Source: Macrostomum lignano
Lineage: Eukaryota
Assembly (NCBI GenBank): GCA_002269645.1
Contig: NIVC01001623.1
Location: 62,001-126,000 of the forward strand
Length of the DNA stretch: 64,000 nt
Direction of reading: 5' to 3'
This document shows positions 1 through 13,153 of this stretch, piece by piece. Each line of letters opens with the position of its first letter. Positions within the stretch are counted from its first letter, which is position 1. Below the pieces are notes generated by a model. That model did no database searches. It was not told the origin of the DNA and saw only the letters and a list, made by a program, of their open reading frames with translations. Both the position numbers and the translations under genes were made by a program.

Positions 1-1003
1 ACTAGTCAGAAAACAGCCCTATCGGTGTGGGCTGTTTCCACTGGAAAATCTTCTAACACCCTTCATAGTTGAATTTGCTCCGTTGTTTGAATAGGGCTGG
101 CTGGGCGATCCATGGTAAATCCGGGGCCGTTCCTTGCGCAATTTATGACTACCACTATGCAAAGTACCATTATGCTGCCTGAATCCATTCGATCAGATCT
201 GAAAAACACAACCTAGTGGCCATTATAGTAGTTAGCATAGTAATCCTTCAGGGAATATTTCGCGACATCATAGCACAGCGTAAATAGAGTTTTCAAGGTA
301 CTGCTGACAGAAAGAGGATGTGTGCGATTTGCGAGATCGACTTCAGAGCTTCTCTGGAAGTGCGTCATCTGTTAACATCGAGGTCTCCCGCTCGACTATT
401 ATTTTCACCAGTTGATACGTGAAGTCAGGAAAAGACCTGATATGGACGCAGATTTGATTCGACTTGTGTACCAGCGACTTTGTCAAGGAACTGCTCAAAC
501 GCCCGAGCGGGGCAGCTAAACTTGATGGTAATTGTCTCCTCATCTGCTGTTTTTCAGAATATACGAACTAGAATCGCTTCTTTCCGATCTCCTAATGTCT
601 TCTACTAGCATTGAAAAGCTATCTCTGGAAATTCTAGATTTATTGCAGGCTCCTCGTAGAACAAATTTACACGCTAATAATGCAGTTCAGACTACTCGTA
701 CTTACGTAGTCAGTAGTCTGACAGCAGTCAGATGTTAAAAAATAGTCTAACAAAAATAAATTAAATTACTCGACTTCGAACAAACAAATTAAAGCAACAA
801 TTAATTATTACTAACAATAGAACAACCTTTTGAATGCTACTATTCAGAGTTTATTACAAAACATATTGTCTAATTTAACTAAAAGCTATATGAAAATTTT
901 AAAGTTATATATTACAAAAATTCGGTTCCATGTTCGATATGTATTAAGCCTTCGAGCTCAAATCTTAAACATGAAAGTTCAGATCTTTCAGAATAAAATT
1001 AAA

Positions 1004-4000
1004 ATGAATTTTATTCGGACAAAAGTGCTGCTCCAGTTTCTTTTCATTGTTGCCGGACTGCAGTGAGTTGATTAATTTGCAGCTCTCTGATTTAAAAAAG
1101 TGGCTGTGCGGACTAAATAAGTGATTTTTAGCTACTCTACAACCACATGAGTTATAGCTTTAGGATTTCCATCAAATTTAGAATAGCAACAATAGTGGGC
1201 TCTGTTTGTCAGCTTCTTCTGTAGTGATCTCTACTTGTTTATCAGCTTCTTCTGCAAATGATCTCTGCTTGTTTGTCAGCTTCTTCTGCAAATGATCTCT
1301 GCTTTTTTGTCAGCTTCTTCTGCAAATTATCTCTGCTTGTTTGTCAGCTTCTTCTGTAGTGAGATCTGCTTGTTTGTCAGCTTCTTCTGTTAGTGAGGTC
1401 TGCTTGTTTGTCAACTTCTTCTGTTAGTGAGGTCTGCTTGTTTGTCAGCTTCTTCTGTAGTGATCTCTACTTGTTTGTCAGCTTCTTCTGTTAGTGAAGT
1501 CTGCTTGTTTGTCAGCTTCTTCTGTTAGTGAGGTCTGCTTGTTTGTCAACTTCTTCTGTTAGTGAGGTCTGCTTGTTTGTCAGCTTCTTCTGTTAGTGAG
1601 GTCTGCTTGTTTGTCAACTTCTTCTGTTAGTGAGGTCTGCTTGTTTGTCAGCTTCTTCTGTAGTGATCTCTACTTGTTTGTCAGCTTCTTCTGTTAGTGA
1701 AGTCTGCTTGTTTGTCAGCTTCTTCTGTTAGTGAAGTCTGCTTGTTTGTCAGCTTCTTCTGTTAGTGAGGTCTGCTTGTTTGTCAGCTTCTTCTGTTAGT
1801 GAGGTCTGCTTGTTTGTCAGCTTCTTCTGTTAGTGAGGTCTGCTTGTTTGTCAGCTTCTTCTGTTAGTGAGATCTGCTTGTTTGTCAGCTTCTTCTGTTA
1901 GTGAGGTCTGCTTGTTTGTCAGCTTCTTCTGTTAGTGAGGTCTGCTTGTTTGTCAGCTTCTTCTGTTAGTGAGGTCTGCTTGTTTGTCAACTTCTTCTGT
2001 TAGTGAGGTCTGCTTGTTTGTCAGCTTCTTCTGTAGTGATCTCTACTTGTTTGTCAGCTTCTTCTGTTAGTGAAGTCTGCTTGTTTGTCAGCTTCTTCTG
2101 TTAGTGAGATCTGCTTGTTTGTCAGCTTCTTCTGTTAGTGAGATCTGCTTGTTTGTCAGCTTCTTCTGTTAGTGAAGTCTGCTTGTTTGTCAGCTTCTTC
2201 TGTTAGTGAGGTCTGCTTGTTTGTCAGCTTCTTCTGTTAGTGAGGTCTGCTTGTTTGTCAGCTTCTTCTGTTAGTGAGGTCTGCTTGTTTGTCAGCTTCT
2301 TCTGTTAGTGAGGTCTGCTTGTTTGTCAGCTTCTTCTGTTAGTGAGGTCTGCTTGTTTGTCAGCTTCTTCTGTTAGTGAGGTCTGCTTGTTTGTCAGCTT
2401 CTTCTGTTAGTGAGGTCTGCTTGTTTGTCAGCTTCTTCTGTTAGTGAGGTCTGCTTGTTTGTCAGCTTCTTCTGTTAGTGAGGTCTGCTTGTTTGTCAGC
2501 TTCTTCTGTTAGTGAGGTCTGCTTGTTTGTCAGCTTCTTCTGTTAGTGAGGTCTGCTTGTTTGTCAGCTTCTTCTGTAGTGAGATCTGCTTGTTTGTCAG
2601 CTTCTTCTGTTAGTGAGGTCTGCTTGTTTGTCAACTTCTTCTGTTAGTGAGGTCTGCTTGTTTGTCAGCTTCTTCTGTAGTGATCTCTACTTGTTTGTCA
2701 GCTTCTTCTGTTAGTGAAGTCTGCTTGTTTGTCAGCTTCTTCTGTTAGTGAGGTCTGCTTGTTTGTCAACTTCTTCTGTTAGTGAGGTCTGCTTGTTTGT
2801 CAGCTTCTTCTGTTAGTGAGGTCAGCTTGTTTGTCAACTTCTTCTGTTAGTGAGGTCTGCTTGTTTGTCAGCTTCTTCTGTAGTGATCTCTACTTGTTTG
2901 TCAGCTTCTTCTGTTAGTGAAGTCTGCTTGTTTGTCAGCTTCTTCTGTTAGTGAGATCTGCTTGTTTGTCAGCTTCTTCTGTTAGTGAGGTCTGCTTGTT
3001 TGTCAGCTTCTTCTGTTAGTGAGGTCTGCTTGTTTGTCAACTTCTTCTGTTAGTGAGGTCTGCTTGTTTGTCAGCTTCTTCTGTAGTGATCTCTACTTGT
3101 TTGTCAGCTTCTTCTGTTAGTGAAGTCTGCTTGTTTGTCAGCTTCTTCTGTTAGTGAGGTCTGCTTGTTTGTCAACTTCTTCTGTTAGTGAGGTCTGCTT
3201 GTTTGTCAGCTTCTTCTGTTAGTGAGGTCTGCTTGTTTGTCAACTTCTTCTGTTAGTGAGGTCTGCTTGTTTGTCAGCTTCTTCTGTAGTGATCTCTACT
3301 TGTTTGTCAGCTTCTTCTGTTAGTGAAGTCTGCTTGTTTGTCAACTTCTTCTGTTAGTGAGATCTGCTTATTTTTCAGCTTCTTCTCTTAGTGAGGTCTG
3401 CTTGTTTGTCAGCTTCTTCTGTTAGTGAGGTCTGCTTGTTTGTCAGCTTCTTCTGTTCGTCAGCTCGCATTAACTTCTTTTTTTAGTGAGGTCTGCTTAT
3501 TTGTCTTCTGCTATTGATCTCTGCCTGTTAGTCAATTTCAGTGAGTGAACGAACTCTTCTGTTTGTTTGGAGTTTTTGTCAGCGCAATTCTTTGCCTTCT
3601 TTGTCAAAATGTAGATTTTATACACTGGTCTTCTTTGTCAACTGTCTGTCTCCAGTTTTATACTTTTCTGTAAACTGTGTCGGCCTAAGATACTTGTCTT
3701 GTCTGTCGAATGTGCTTAACAGTTTCTTCTTTTAATGAGGTTCAATGTCAGCTTCTCTCGATAATGAGCTGTAGTTCTGCTTGTTTGTCAATTTGCTTTA
3801 CATCAAAAGTTTCATATCTTCTTTTGCTACTGTTTAATCAGCTTGAATGTTTTACGGCACTTGAGTATGAGCTCTGACACTTCTGATTGCCACGAAATAG
3901 TTTTCTCCCATTCTCTAGCAGATTGTCTGTCTTTTGTTAAATTATTCTTTTTCAATCAGTCAGCCACGTGTACAATCAGCCAAAAATCCTTCCATTGAAT

Positions 4001-7000
4001 TTCAGAATCGTAACGGCTGTGGAGCATGACGTGGGGTACTGTCGAGAACAGACCCATTGGAAATTTTTCGATGTCCATGGAGGAATTCTTCTATTTTTCT
4101 ATCTCCACGACGGTTTTGCTGACAAGACCGCCGTGATAACAGAGGCTTGTATCTGGAAAGTCAAGGTGATTGAGAACAACACCGTTCTGGCGATCAAACC
4201 TCCGGATCTAAGACGAGGACTCCGACTGGATGTTGCGCATTTCAGTGGTGAGCACGTCTGCTTAATTATTCCTATACATTTTAGATACCTTAAATGTGTT
4301 ATTGTCTAACTAATCTTATTACATTCTTAATTTAGGAGGTGACTTTGCCAACTACTCAGTGAACCTCAGCTCTGTCCTCTACATCTTGGCGAATGCGTAA
4401 GGGACTTCTTTACTTTAAACTGCATTTACTTCAGTTGTGTTGACGTGTGTGGTGGATTTGACAAAATTGACACGATTCAAAAAGTGTTGACCGTCTACCT
4501 GATCGCACACTTTTTGCAACAGCTATGCAATGTTGAGTTCAGTCAAAATGATTTGACAATAGAAGTGCATAATTGACACCCTACATTGCAGTGGAGACAC
4601 ACTGAACATCACGGCCAAGCTGACAAATGTCACAAATGTGACTGCATCCGACAATCTGACAGTCTCTGTCACGAGCCGGAAGACGTGCAACTCCAGCACA
4701 AGCTTCAGGCACGGCGGGGGATGCTACTTGCTGGTCCCTGCTGATTCAGCCTTGGGCCATGGCCTGCAGCTGCCGAGTGCCTGTCCGCTGCAGCACTGCG
4801 ATGCACGCCGAATTGGCGAGTTTATACAGGACGGTGAGTAACTATATTTTGGCTACGAAGCAATAATGCCCAATCAACTGGGCAATACAATTTTCAGTTG
4901 CACTTAAAATGAATTTTTTCACCAGGTTATTCGACATTTTGCTCTTTTTAAGCTGACTCGAAAATCCACCCTGATGTGGGATCAGGGATCAGCCTGTATG
5001 TGCAATGTTTCTTGCAGTCAAAAATAATGCAATTGCAAGTAATTTACAGTACTATCGTTTCCTATCTTAGTCAGGTAAAATTGCGCAACCTTAAATAATA
5101 ATAATAATGTCACGCCCCGCGCCGACCACACAAGTGGCCAAAGGGGCCCAAATCGCGCGCTTCAGGGCAAGGTGCACCAATTTTGAAGCTGGTTTGGCAC
5201 AAAGGCGAGAATGCTTTTCGAAGGAAATATCGCTAAATACACGTGAAGAAGTGAGCCTTCAAACAAAATTGCTATATTTATGAAAGCTCCATCCTGATAA
5301 CGGTAACTTTTACTGGTCCTTGTTCCAAATCCCGAGCTTATGAAGTTCCGGGATCTTTTAAAAAATTAAAATTACATTGCATGATTGTTAAACATCGTGG
5401 GGTTGAGTCAACACTCGACTCGACGAGTCAACAGTCAATGACTCAAATATCAGTCTCTCAAGTCTCAGCTCTCAGCACTCAAATTATCCTCCCTCCTCAA
5501 TTACCTGAGGGGGTTACGGAGTTCTAACCAGAGGCGACAAAAAGGTCTTCAATCGTCGCAAGCAACTCCAAAATGGTCAATATTTATTGTCGCAACCACC
5601 CCCAAAAGATCAATATTTATTGTCACAACCCCAAAAAGGTCAATACTTATTGTCGCAACCCAAAAAAGGTCAATACTTATTGTCGCAACCCAAAAAAGGT
5701 CAATACTTATTGTCGCAACTTGTCGGTGGCGGCCCCCCCCAATGGAAAATCCTGGTTACGCCAGTGCTAAAAACGAGTTTACATTGTCCTATTGACACCA
5801 CATCTTGTATATCAGGGATCTCAGGATTGACAAATCTGAGGATTTTGTATTCCCTACTACGAGCGTATTAACCGAGTTCACTTGCATGAAAGCTAGGTAG
5901 CAACTTCGCAAAACTAACCGAACCAACACCCACAGCATCCAGAGTTCTGCATCAAGTCAAAGACCATCGAGTTCTGCTGCCATTTTTGGCTTTTTGTGGC
6001 GCGAAGCTGTTTTACCTCGACTGCAGCAACAGGAATTTGACGAACAAAGGCAACTGGACATATTTGACCAACCAGTCTGAGCTGATCGATTTCTGTAGGT
6101 GAGTATTGTTAGAAGGAGTTGGGAGATCAGGCAGGATCGTAAAACTGGTTGTCCATATGTTATCGCCACCTCTACCGTCCGACAGAAACGTTTCTAGGGA
6201 TGAGCAGCGAACGCGAACTGCTCTTGGACTGAACTCCAACAAAAAACCGGACTTGATTCCGATCAGTAGCGATGAAGCTGTACGCCTGCATCGGCTGCTT
6301 CCCGTTGAGTTCAACCCAAAGATGCAAGGAACAAACTCCGACGAGCGAGTACCCTGCCCGGTGGACAGCAATGTCCACCGGGAATCATCAGGAATCGCAG
6401 GAATCATCACAGGAATCACAGTAGCCATGGCTCTGATAGTAGCCATTGTAGTGGCGATTATCTGGACATTTCGTAGGCCATTGCGTCGCCGGCTAAGGTC
6501 GTGCAGACGGCGCATGAGAAAAAACTTTGTGACAGGCGCAAACAACGGCGACGCCGGTTTGCCTTTAAAATCCGTTGTTGAGGACGGCGAAGCCCGCCAA
6601 CCTGATGCTGAAGTGAACGGCAGCGCCTGCCAACCTGATGCTGAAGTGAACGGCAGCGCCTGCCAACCTGATGCTGAAGTGAACGGCAGCGCCTGCCAAC
6701 CTGATGCTGAAGTGAACGGCAGCGCCTGCCAACCTGATGCTGAAGTGAACGGCAGCGCCTGCCAACCTGATGCTGAAGTGAACGGCAGCGCCTGCCAACC
6801 TGATGCTGAAGTGAACGGCAGCGCCTGCCAACCTGATGCTGAAGTGAACGGCAACGCCTGCCAACCTGATGCTGAAGTGAACGGCAGCGCCTGCCAACCT
6901 GATGCTGAAGTGAACGGCAGCGCCTGCCAACCTGATGCTGAAGTGAACGGCAGCGCCTGCCAACCTGATGCTGAAGTGAACGGCAGCGCCTGCCAACCTG

Positions 7001-7617
7001 ATGCTGAAGTGAACGGCAGCGCCTGCCAACCTGATGCTGAAGTGAACGGCAGCGCCTGCCAACCTGATGCTGAAGTGAACGGCAGCGCCTGCCAACCTGA
7101 TGCTGAAGTGAACGGCAACGCCTGCCAACCTGATGCTGAAGTGAACGGCAGCGCCTGCCAACCTGATGCTGAAGTGAACGGCAGCGCCTGCCAACCGGCA
7201 GCTGAAGTGAACGGCAACGCCTGCCAACCTGATGCTGAAGTGAACGGCAGCGCCTGCCAACCTGATGCTGAAGTGAACGGCAGCGCCTGCCAACCTGATG
7301 CTGAAGTGAACGGCAGCGCCTGCCAACCTGATGCTGAAGTGAACGGCAACGCCTGCCAACCTGATGCTGAAGTGAACGGCAGCGCCTGCCAACCTGATGC
7401 TGAAGTGAACGGCAGCGCCTGCCAACCTGATGCTGAAGTGAACGGCAGCGCCTGCCAACCTGATGCTGAAGTGAACGGCAACGCCTGCCAACCGGCAGCT
7501 GAAGTGAATGGCAGCGCCTACCAACCTGATGCTGAAGTGAACGGCAGCGCCTGCCAACCTGATGCTGAAGTGAACGGCAACGCTCTCTGGGATTTCCTTA
7601 TCCAGACTGGCAATTGA
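1004..7617 (+). CDS. Predicted type I membrane protein, ~732 aa, 6 coding exons (1004-1062, 4006-4247, 4336-4396, 4592-4833, 5936-6098, 6186-7617): signal peptide, Cys-containing ectodomain, one TM helix, cytoplasmic 11-aa tandem repeat
   Basis: All five introns are GT-AG with matching phases (2,1,2,1,2). The spliced N-terminus MNFIRTKVLLQFLFIVAGLQIVTA looks like a signal peptide. TM segment GIITGITVAMALIVAIVVAIIWTF is followed by the basic stop-transfer RRPLRRRLR. Stop at 7615-7617. No family recognised. Confidence 0.72.
1200..3460. repeat. 34-bp minisatellite (tcagcttcttctgttagtgaggtctgcttgtttg), ~66 copies, in intron 1 of the 1004-7617 gene
   Basis: Direct reading of tandem units. A 33-bp variant (ctgtagtgatctctac) recurs at 203-bp spacing. 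Confidence 0.97.
5575..5765. repeat. ~30-bp tandem repeat (caacccaaaaaaggtcaatacttattgtcg, ~5 copies) ending in a MITE-like GC terminus (ggttacgccagtg)
   Basis: Tandem units are visible. The terminus resembles CAGTGGCG/G-run ends of non-autonomous DNA elements; the other end was not identified. Confidence 0.6.
6598..7584 (+). repeat. Coding 33-bp tandem repeat, 30 units, encoding QPDAEVNGSAC
   Basis: In frame with the TM-containing last exon; no indels across the array. Confidence 0.95.
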
Positions 7618-7764
7618 TAGAAGTGCCGCCTTATTTCGGTTGCCCTGTGGAATGCTTCACTATACAAAACAGTATAACTCAAACTGAGTCAAGCTATTCT
7701 AGCCATTCGAACATTTGGTAGCTTTTAATCAACCAATTTTTTTATATTTTTAGTATTAGAGAAG

Positions 7765-8505
7765 AAATCCCGCAAATAGCAAGCATCCCGCAGATAGCCA
7801 GCATCCCGCAGATAGCAAGCATCCCGCAGATAGCAAGCATCCCGCAGATAGCCAGCATCCCGCAGATAGCAAGCATCCCGCAGATAGCCAGCATCCCGCA
7901 GATAGCAAGCATCCCGCAGATAGCAAGCATCCCGCAGATAGCCAGCATCCCGCAGATAGCAAGCATCCCGCAGATAGCAAGCATCCCGCAGATAGCAAGC
8001 ATCCCGCAGATAGCAAGCATCCCGCAGATAGCCAGCATCCCGCAGATAGCCAGCATCCCGCAGATAGCAAGCATCCCGCAGATAGCAAGCATCCCGCAGA
8101 TAGCAAGCATCCCGCAGATAGCAAGCATCCCGCAGATAGCAAGCATCCCGCAGATAGCAAGCATCCCGCAGATAGCAAGCATCCCGCAGATAGTAAGCCC
8201 GCAGATAGCCAGCATCCCGCAGATAGCAAGCATCCCTCAGATAGCAAGCATCCCGCAGATAGCAAGCATCCCGCAGATAGCAAGCATCCCGCAGATAGCA
8301 AGCATCCCGCAGATAGCAAGCATCCCGCAGATAGCAAGCATCCCGCAGATAGCAAGCATCCCGCAGATAGCAAGCATCCCGCAGATAGCCAGCATCCCGC
8401 AGATAGCAAGCATCCCGCAGATAGCAAGCATCCCGCAGATAGCAAGCATCCCGCAGATAGCAAGCATCCCGCAGATAGCAAGCATCCCGCAGATAGCAAG
8501 CATCC
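7765..8505. repeat. 18-bp minisatellite (cccgcagatagcaagcat), ~41 copies
   Basis: Direct reading; explains the MLAICG and CLLSAG pseudo-ORFs. Confidence 0.97.
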
Positions 8506-9474
8506 TCCAGAAATATGGAGAAATAAGATGATATATTGACTTGAAAAATTGAGCGCAGGGTCCAAACGAGTATATTTGAAAGACATTAAATTAGAGGGGT
8601 TGAGTGTGGATATTAAAAGGAGGGGTGGTGTCTGTGACTGAAGAAAGAGGCAAGATTGAAGAGCCAATCAGAAGGCAGCAAGGGGGAGAGATAAGATAGC
8701 AAATCTCAACAGGACAGAGGGACAGAGATGAGATAGCAAGCCTGAACTTGAGAGAGTGAGACGGGGGAAGAGGGCAGATAGACTTAATTTAAGCCTAACA
8801 AAGTCCCGAGACTGGGTAAATGTACATTTAGGAACAACTGTAGAATGGTGGCTCAAGTTATTGTTTCTGGTAAAACATTTTTTGTGTATTTGTGTCTTAG
8901 AAATACGAGTAGTACCGCCTTTGTTAGGTTAATTTAGTGCTACTAAGAGTACGAGATACTCTGTAATCTAATATTATAATTTCTATAATTTAATTTAATA
9001 CTCTCGTAATTCTCGTAGTTTTAGAATCTTCAATTTTAGTACGCTCGTATATAGAACTTAGCCTTTTTCCAGCTGCAATGACATGACAAGCCCTTACGAT
9101 ACGATGTTACATTGAAACATTTATCCTCGAAATCTCGATATTAATCATCTCGATATTAATTATTATTATTATTTTAATGCAGCTTTTGATAAGAAATTTT
9201 GATAGGAAGACCACTCCAGAATTCTTATGCTTGTACTGATGTCTTAATGTTTCTATCATTCCAACTTTGGTTAAATAAATGCCAGAAATTCCGGTCGGAC
9301 AACTCTTTATTACATTTATTTTCATGCTTCATACACAGCTACCGTTTAGGTTTAGGCTAAGGAAAGAAAATGAGATGGAGCTGGGATCGCTAATCCTGGT
9401 TGCGCTGCTCATTTCATGAAATCCGCTACAAACCCAACAAAAATCAGAGATCCAGTGTGCGACCAACGGGAAAA

Positions 9475-9770
9475 GTCATAGTTGTAGCCTAATGGTCAGA
9501 TCGTCGGACTCACGACTTGAAGGTCGGGGGTTCGATTCCCGGTCCCCTAGAACAATTTGTGTCCTTGAGCAAGACACTTAACTCTGTATTGCTTCAGTTC
9601 ACCCAGCTGTAAAATGGGTGCCAGCATTAGCTGGGGTAATTGAGGTTGTGTGGTGAACCCCCAGTCCTTGGACTGAATAGCCGTACGCAGCCTTCAGATG
9701 CGCCACGCAATAGCTGCGGCTGAGCTGTCGGTTCTCCAATTGAGGCAGGTGTAATCAATTATTATTATTA
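9475..9770 (+). mobile_element. tRNA-derived SINE with CORE(MIR)-like central domain and (ATT)n tail
   Basis: A box tagcctaatggt and B box ggttcgattcc. The central gtgtccttgagcaagacacttaactc...cagctgtaaaatggg resembles the CORE-SINE consensus. A second copy lies at 25580-25833. Confidence 0.85.
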
Positions 9771-10244
9771 CTATAGCCATTAGTTTCCATAATTCCTCAA
9801 CTTTAAATTTCCTAAAAATCACAGTAGCAAAGCCGCTATTCAAACTGACTTCATGAAATCCAACTTAATGGGATCTTCCGGATCGAAGAAGTGAAGTTTG
9901 TGCGACAGTCGAGCGCTGATCCCTGAACAGCCTGAACAGGGGGTGCGCGTCTGCCTTGGATCAGCCTAAATGAAAGCTTGTCTGGACTCTGAAACTTGCA
10001 GCAATTTCAATCAAGGCCATCGTGTCTCAAGAGCCGTCGGAAATGAAACAATTCAACGATTAAATACTCGAATGTCGGAGAGTTTGACCTTTTAGTGAAT
10101 CGGCTTTCAGAGCCTCTGCGAGATACCAGAATGTCTACCGGAATAGACTCAGATTACCCTCGAGACCTTCAACACGATTTTTGCTTTCAAGATGCTTCAA
10201 GATGCTTTGAATGAACGGTCTACCGGCGGGGGCTGAGTAGCTCG

Positions 10245-10425
10245 TCACACAAGCTGACACAACTCCACACAAGCTGACACAACTGTACACAAGCTGAAAC
10301 AACTTCACACAAGCTGACACAAATTTTCACGAGCTGACACCAATCTACACGAGCTGACACCAATGTTCACAAGCTGACACCAATGTAGACGAGCTGACAC
10401 AAACTTACACAAGCTGACACAAATT
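10245..10425. repeat. ~20-bp degenerate tandem repeat (acacaagctgacacaactgt), ~9 copies
   Basis: Direct reading. Confidence 0.85.
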
Positions 10426-11989
10426 TGTAGAAACTGTAGATAAGAATTTTGCCTGAAGTTAAATGCGGATTGTCAAGTGTCAGGCACCTGTCCATCCCAT
10501 TTTGACTTAAACTCCCAATCTCACCTCTAACAGGAATGAAAATTCTCTCTCAAAGTCTTTATCCTCCTCCATGGGTCGCCGCCGTCATTGGTTTAATCCT
10601 TGCTGATCTGATCGCGCGGCCTGAAAACCGAGGCAAGCTGGTGGTAATTTGCGGCATGCAAGAATGTGCTGCACTTTAGCTTGTAGGGGCCATGGAGACT
10701 ACAGCTCTCTACTCTGGGATGCTGCCCACGAACCTACCGATACTCATGGCATGGTTAGTTACATGTATGTCGATATGCGATAGTAAGAAAGCAAAATGAC
10801 TTTACAGGGCTCGGATCATTCACTCTGAAGAAAAAACCCAATCGAGTTGAGCCCGCTATCTTGCCAATCCAGGTGGGCGAGCAAGTCCAGCAGAAAAGGG
10901 GTCAGCTTCTCAAACTCCTCAAAAACGTTAATGGCAATCCTTTGACCCTGAGAAGCAACGAACCCCACCCGGCTTGAACGCTATAACTGAAGGTGCACCC
11001 AGGTCATTAGGTGGGTAACAACTGTCGCTCATAGAAAAAGTTGATCATTGTTGGCATCCCCGCTCTGTCAGTGGAAAATGCACAGCTGTAGGTTTGAAGA
11101 TTGAGCTTCTTGTCAGATTATAACTGAGCTTGTTCAGATCGAATACTTCAATGATAAAGATGGAAGCCATCAGCTGATTTTGTTGGCAAGCGGTCAGACA
11201 CTTAGTATATCCATTTTTTAAAAGCAAAATCTTCATCTTATTGGTCTTTTTAAACTAATTTTTCCGTTTTTTTTTCTAATAGTCGGCATTTCCCTTCTTT
11301 TAAAAGTTTTCCTTGATTTCCCTTGTAGCTCGTATTTTAAAAGTGTTATGGCCTAATTTTGAATCACCAAATTGCAAAGAGTTTCATGTTGTAGGCTTTG
11401 CCGAGGTCGAATGGAATGCGGATGGTTCCTGAACGTGCTGGAGTCTTTGCCTTGTCTACGGATCATCGCCCGTCTGCGGTCTGTCCAGCTAGTAAAGCCG
11501 TCAGAGAGTTTGCGGATGACGTGTTCTGAGCAGCCTGGCCTGTTTGAGGAAATTGTTTCAGATTCCATCGATGCCGCGGGGGTCGGTCACTCTTGAGTTG
11601 TTTAGCAAGCTTCAAGTCTACGAGTATAGCCTTTAACAGACTGAAAATGTCAGTACACCACAGAGTAGTGGAGCTTCACTTTGCGGGCCTCGTGGATGAT
11701 CAAGTCTTCGAGACGGACGCGTTGAGCTTGATAAGTGAGTTCGACTTTCTCGTGATGAGTAACTGCCGACTACGATATGGAGGTCGATTGTCTCAGGTCG
11801 AGATGTGACTGAATTTCTGTTTTGAGGGATGCGGCCATCAAAGCGCCTGATCAAGGCCTCGAGAATCCCCTTTTAGTCCGCAGGCGTCGCGACGGTCGAC
11901 CGTTTCTTGGCAGGGCTCATTACAGAGAGGCTGGCCCTTGCATTTCTATGACAAACACATTTTGCCTTTGTCAAAAAGAATGACGGCAA

Positions 11990-12425
11990 AACAATCTGCT
12001 ATACAGTCATATAATCTGCTAAACAGTCAAACAATCTGCTATACAGTCATATAATCTGCTAAACAGTCAAACAATCTGCTATACAGTCATATAATCTGCT
12101 AAACAGTCAAACAATCTGCTATACAGTCATATAATCTGCTAAACAGTCAAACAATCTGCTATACAGTCATATAATCTGCTAAACAGTCAAACAATCTGCT
12201 ATACAGTCATATAATCTGCTAAACAGTCAAACAATCTGCTATACAGTCATATAATCTGTTAAACAGCCAAACAATCTGTTAAACAGTCAAACAATCTGCT
12301 AAACAGTAAAAAAATCTGCTAAACAGTCAAACAATCTGTTCAACAGTCAAACAATCTGCTAAACAGTCAAACAATCTGTTCAACAGTCAAACAATCTGCT
12401 AAACAGTCAAACAATCTGCTAAACG
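11990..12425. repeat. 20-bp tandem repeat with 40-bp dimer structure (aatctgctatacagtcatat/aatctgctaaacagtcaaac)
   Basis: Direct reading; two variants alternate in the left half. Confidence 0.95.
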
Positions 12426-12577
12426 GTCACACAAACAAAGCATTCGAAATTGATGCCCTCAAAAAGAAAAAAGTCTATATTAGATAAGACATCATTGTCA
12501 TTGGCATTGTATATAATAAGGCATAGCGATAATTTATTGGCAGATTTAACAAGTTATTTAAGCCAAGTCACGCTATA

Positions 12578-12777
12578 GGCCGTATGCAGAAAGCTCTGTC
12601 TAGGGCAGTCCGGTCTTTAAAAGCTAATTTGGTATGCAGAATTTGGGGAAGGATTTGGTATGCAGAAACGCAAAGTTAGACCGGTCTACAGAACTAGGGT
12701 AGCTTGACCATAGACTATAGACTGAACTACCCAAGTCCGGACTAGCTAGTCTGGACTAGGCTTTATACATACGGCCC
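12578..12777. mobile_element. Possible ~200-bp MITE with imperfect ~20-bp TIRs flanked by TA
   Basis: Left taggccgtatgcagaaagc versus right (reverse complement) tagggccgtatgtataaagc. Confidence 0.5.
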
Positions 12778-13080
12778 TATATTAAGTAACGCTCATGATT
12801 CTTCGTACCATAGACAAATTGTCTACTGCCAGCGGATTGGTTGATTTTGGAATAATAAATTGGGTTATGGGGCATATTAGTTATACCATAGACTAAAGAT
12901 CAGTCGCAAAACCAAAGACGGAAAGAAACAGAAAAGATCAGCAAGGGAAAAACGAAAATCAAAATGCGTTCAATCAGCTGGAAGAATCTGCCAGTGGATA
13001 GCCTAGATGGAGTCACAGTCAGCTGAGTTTAATATTGTAAGTGAACTGAGTGCCGTGAACCACAAAAGCTTTAGCACACT

Positions 13081-13114
<34 letters not shown>

Positions 13115-13153
13115 GAGAGAGAGAGAGAAAGAGCAAAGAGAGAGATAGAGAGA
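13081..13153. repeat. (GA)n microsatellite
   Basis: Direct reading. Confidence 0.95.

Noticed and set aside
1200-3460. Array of 12-nt micro-exons (cag|cttcttctgtta|gtgagg) like schistosome micro-exon genes
   Set aside because: The spacers would be only 22 nt, too short to splice, and inclusion in this phase-2 intron creates TAA at the junction with exon 2.
4436-5010. Extra exons at ~4436 and ~4926 in the first gene
   Set aside because: In the required phases both hit stop codons before a convincing donor; skipping them gives a consistent frame.
11353-11854. Cluster of short ORFs, possibly a retroelement remnant
   Set aside because: No recognisable motif in any frame.
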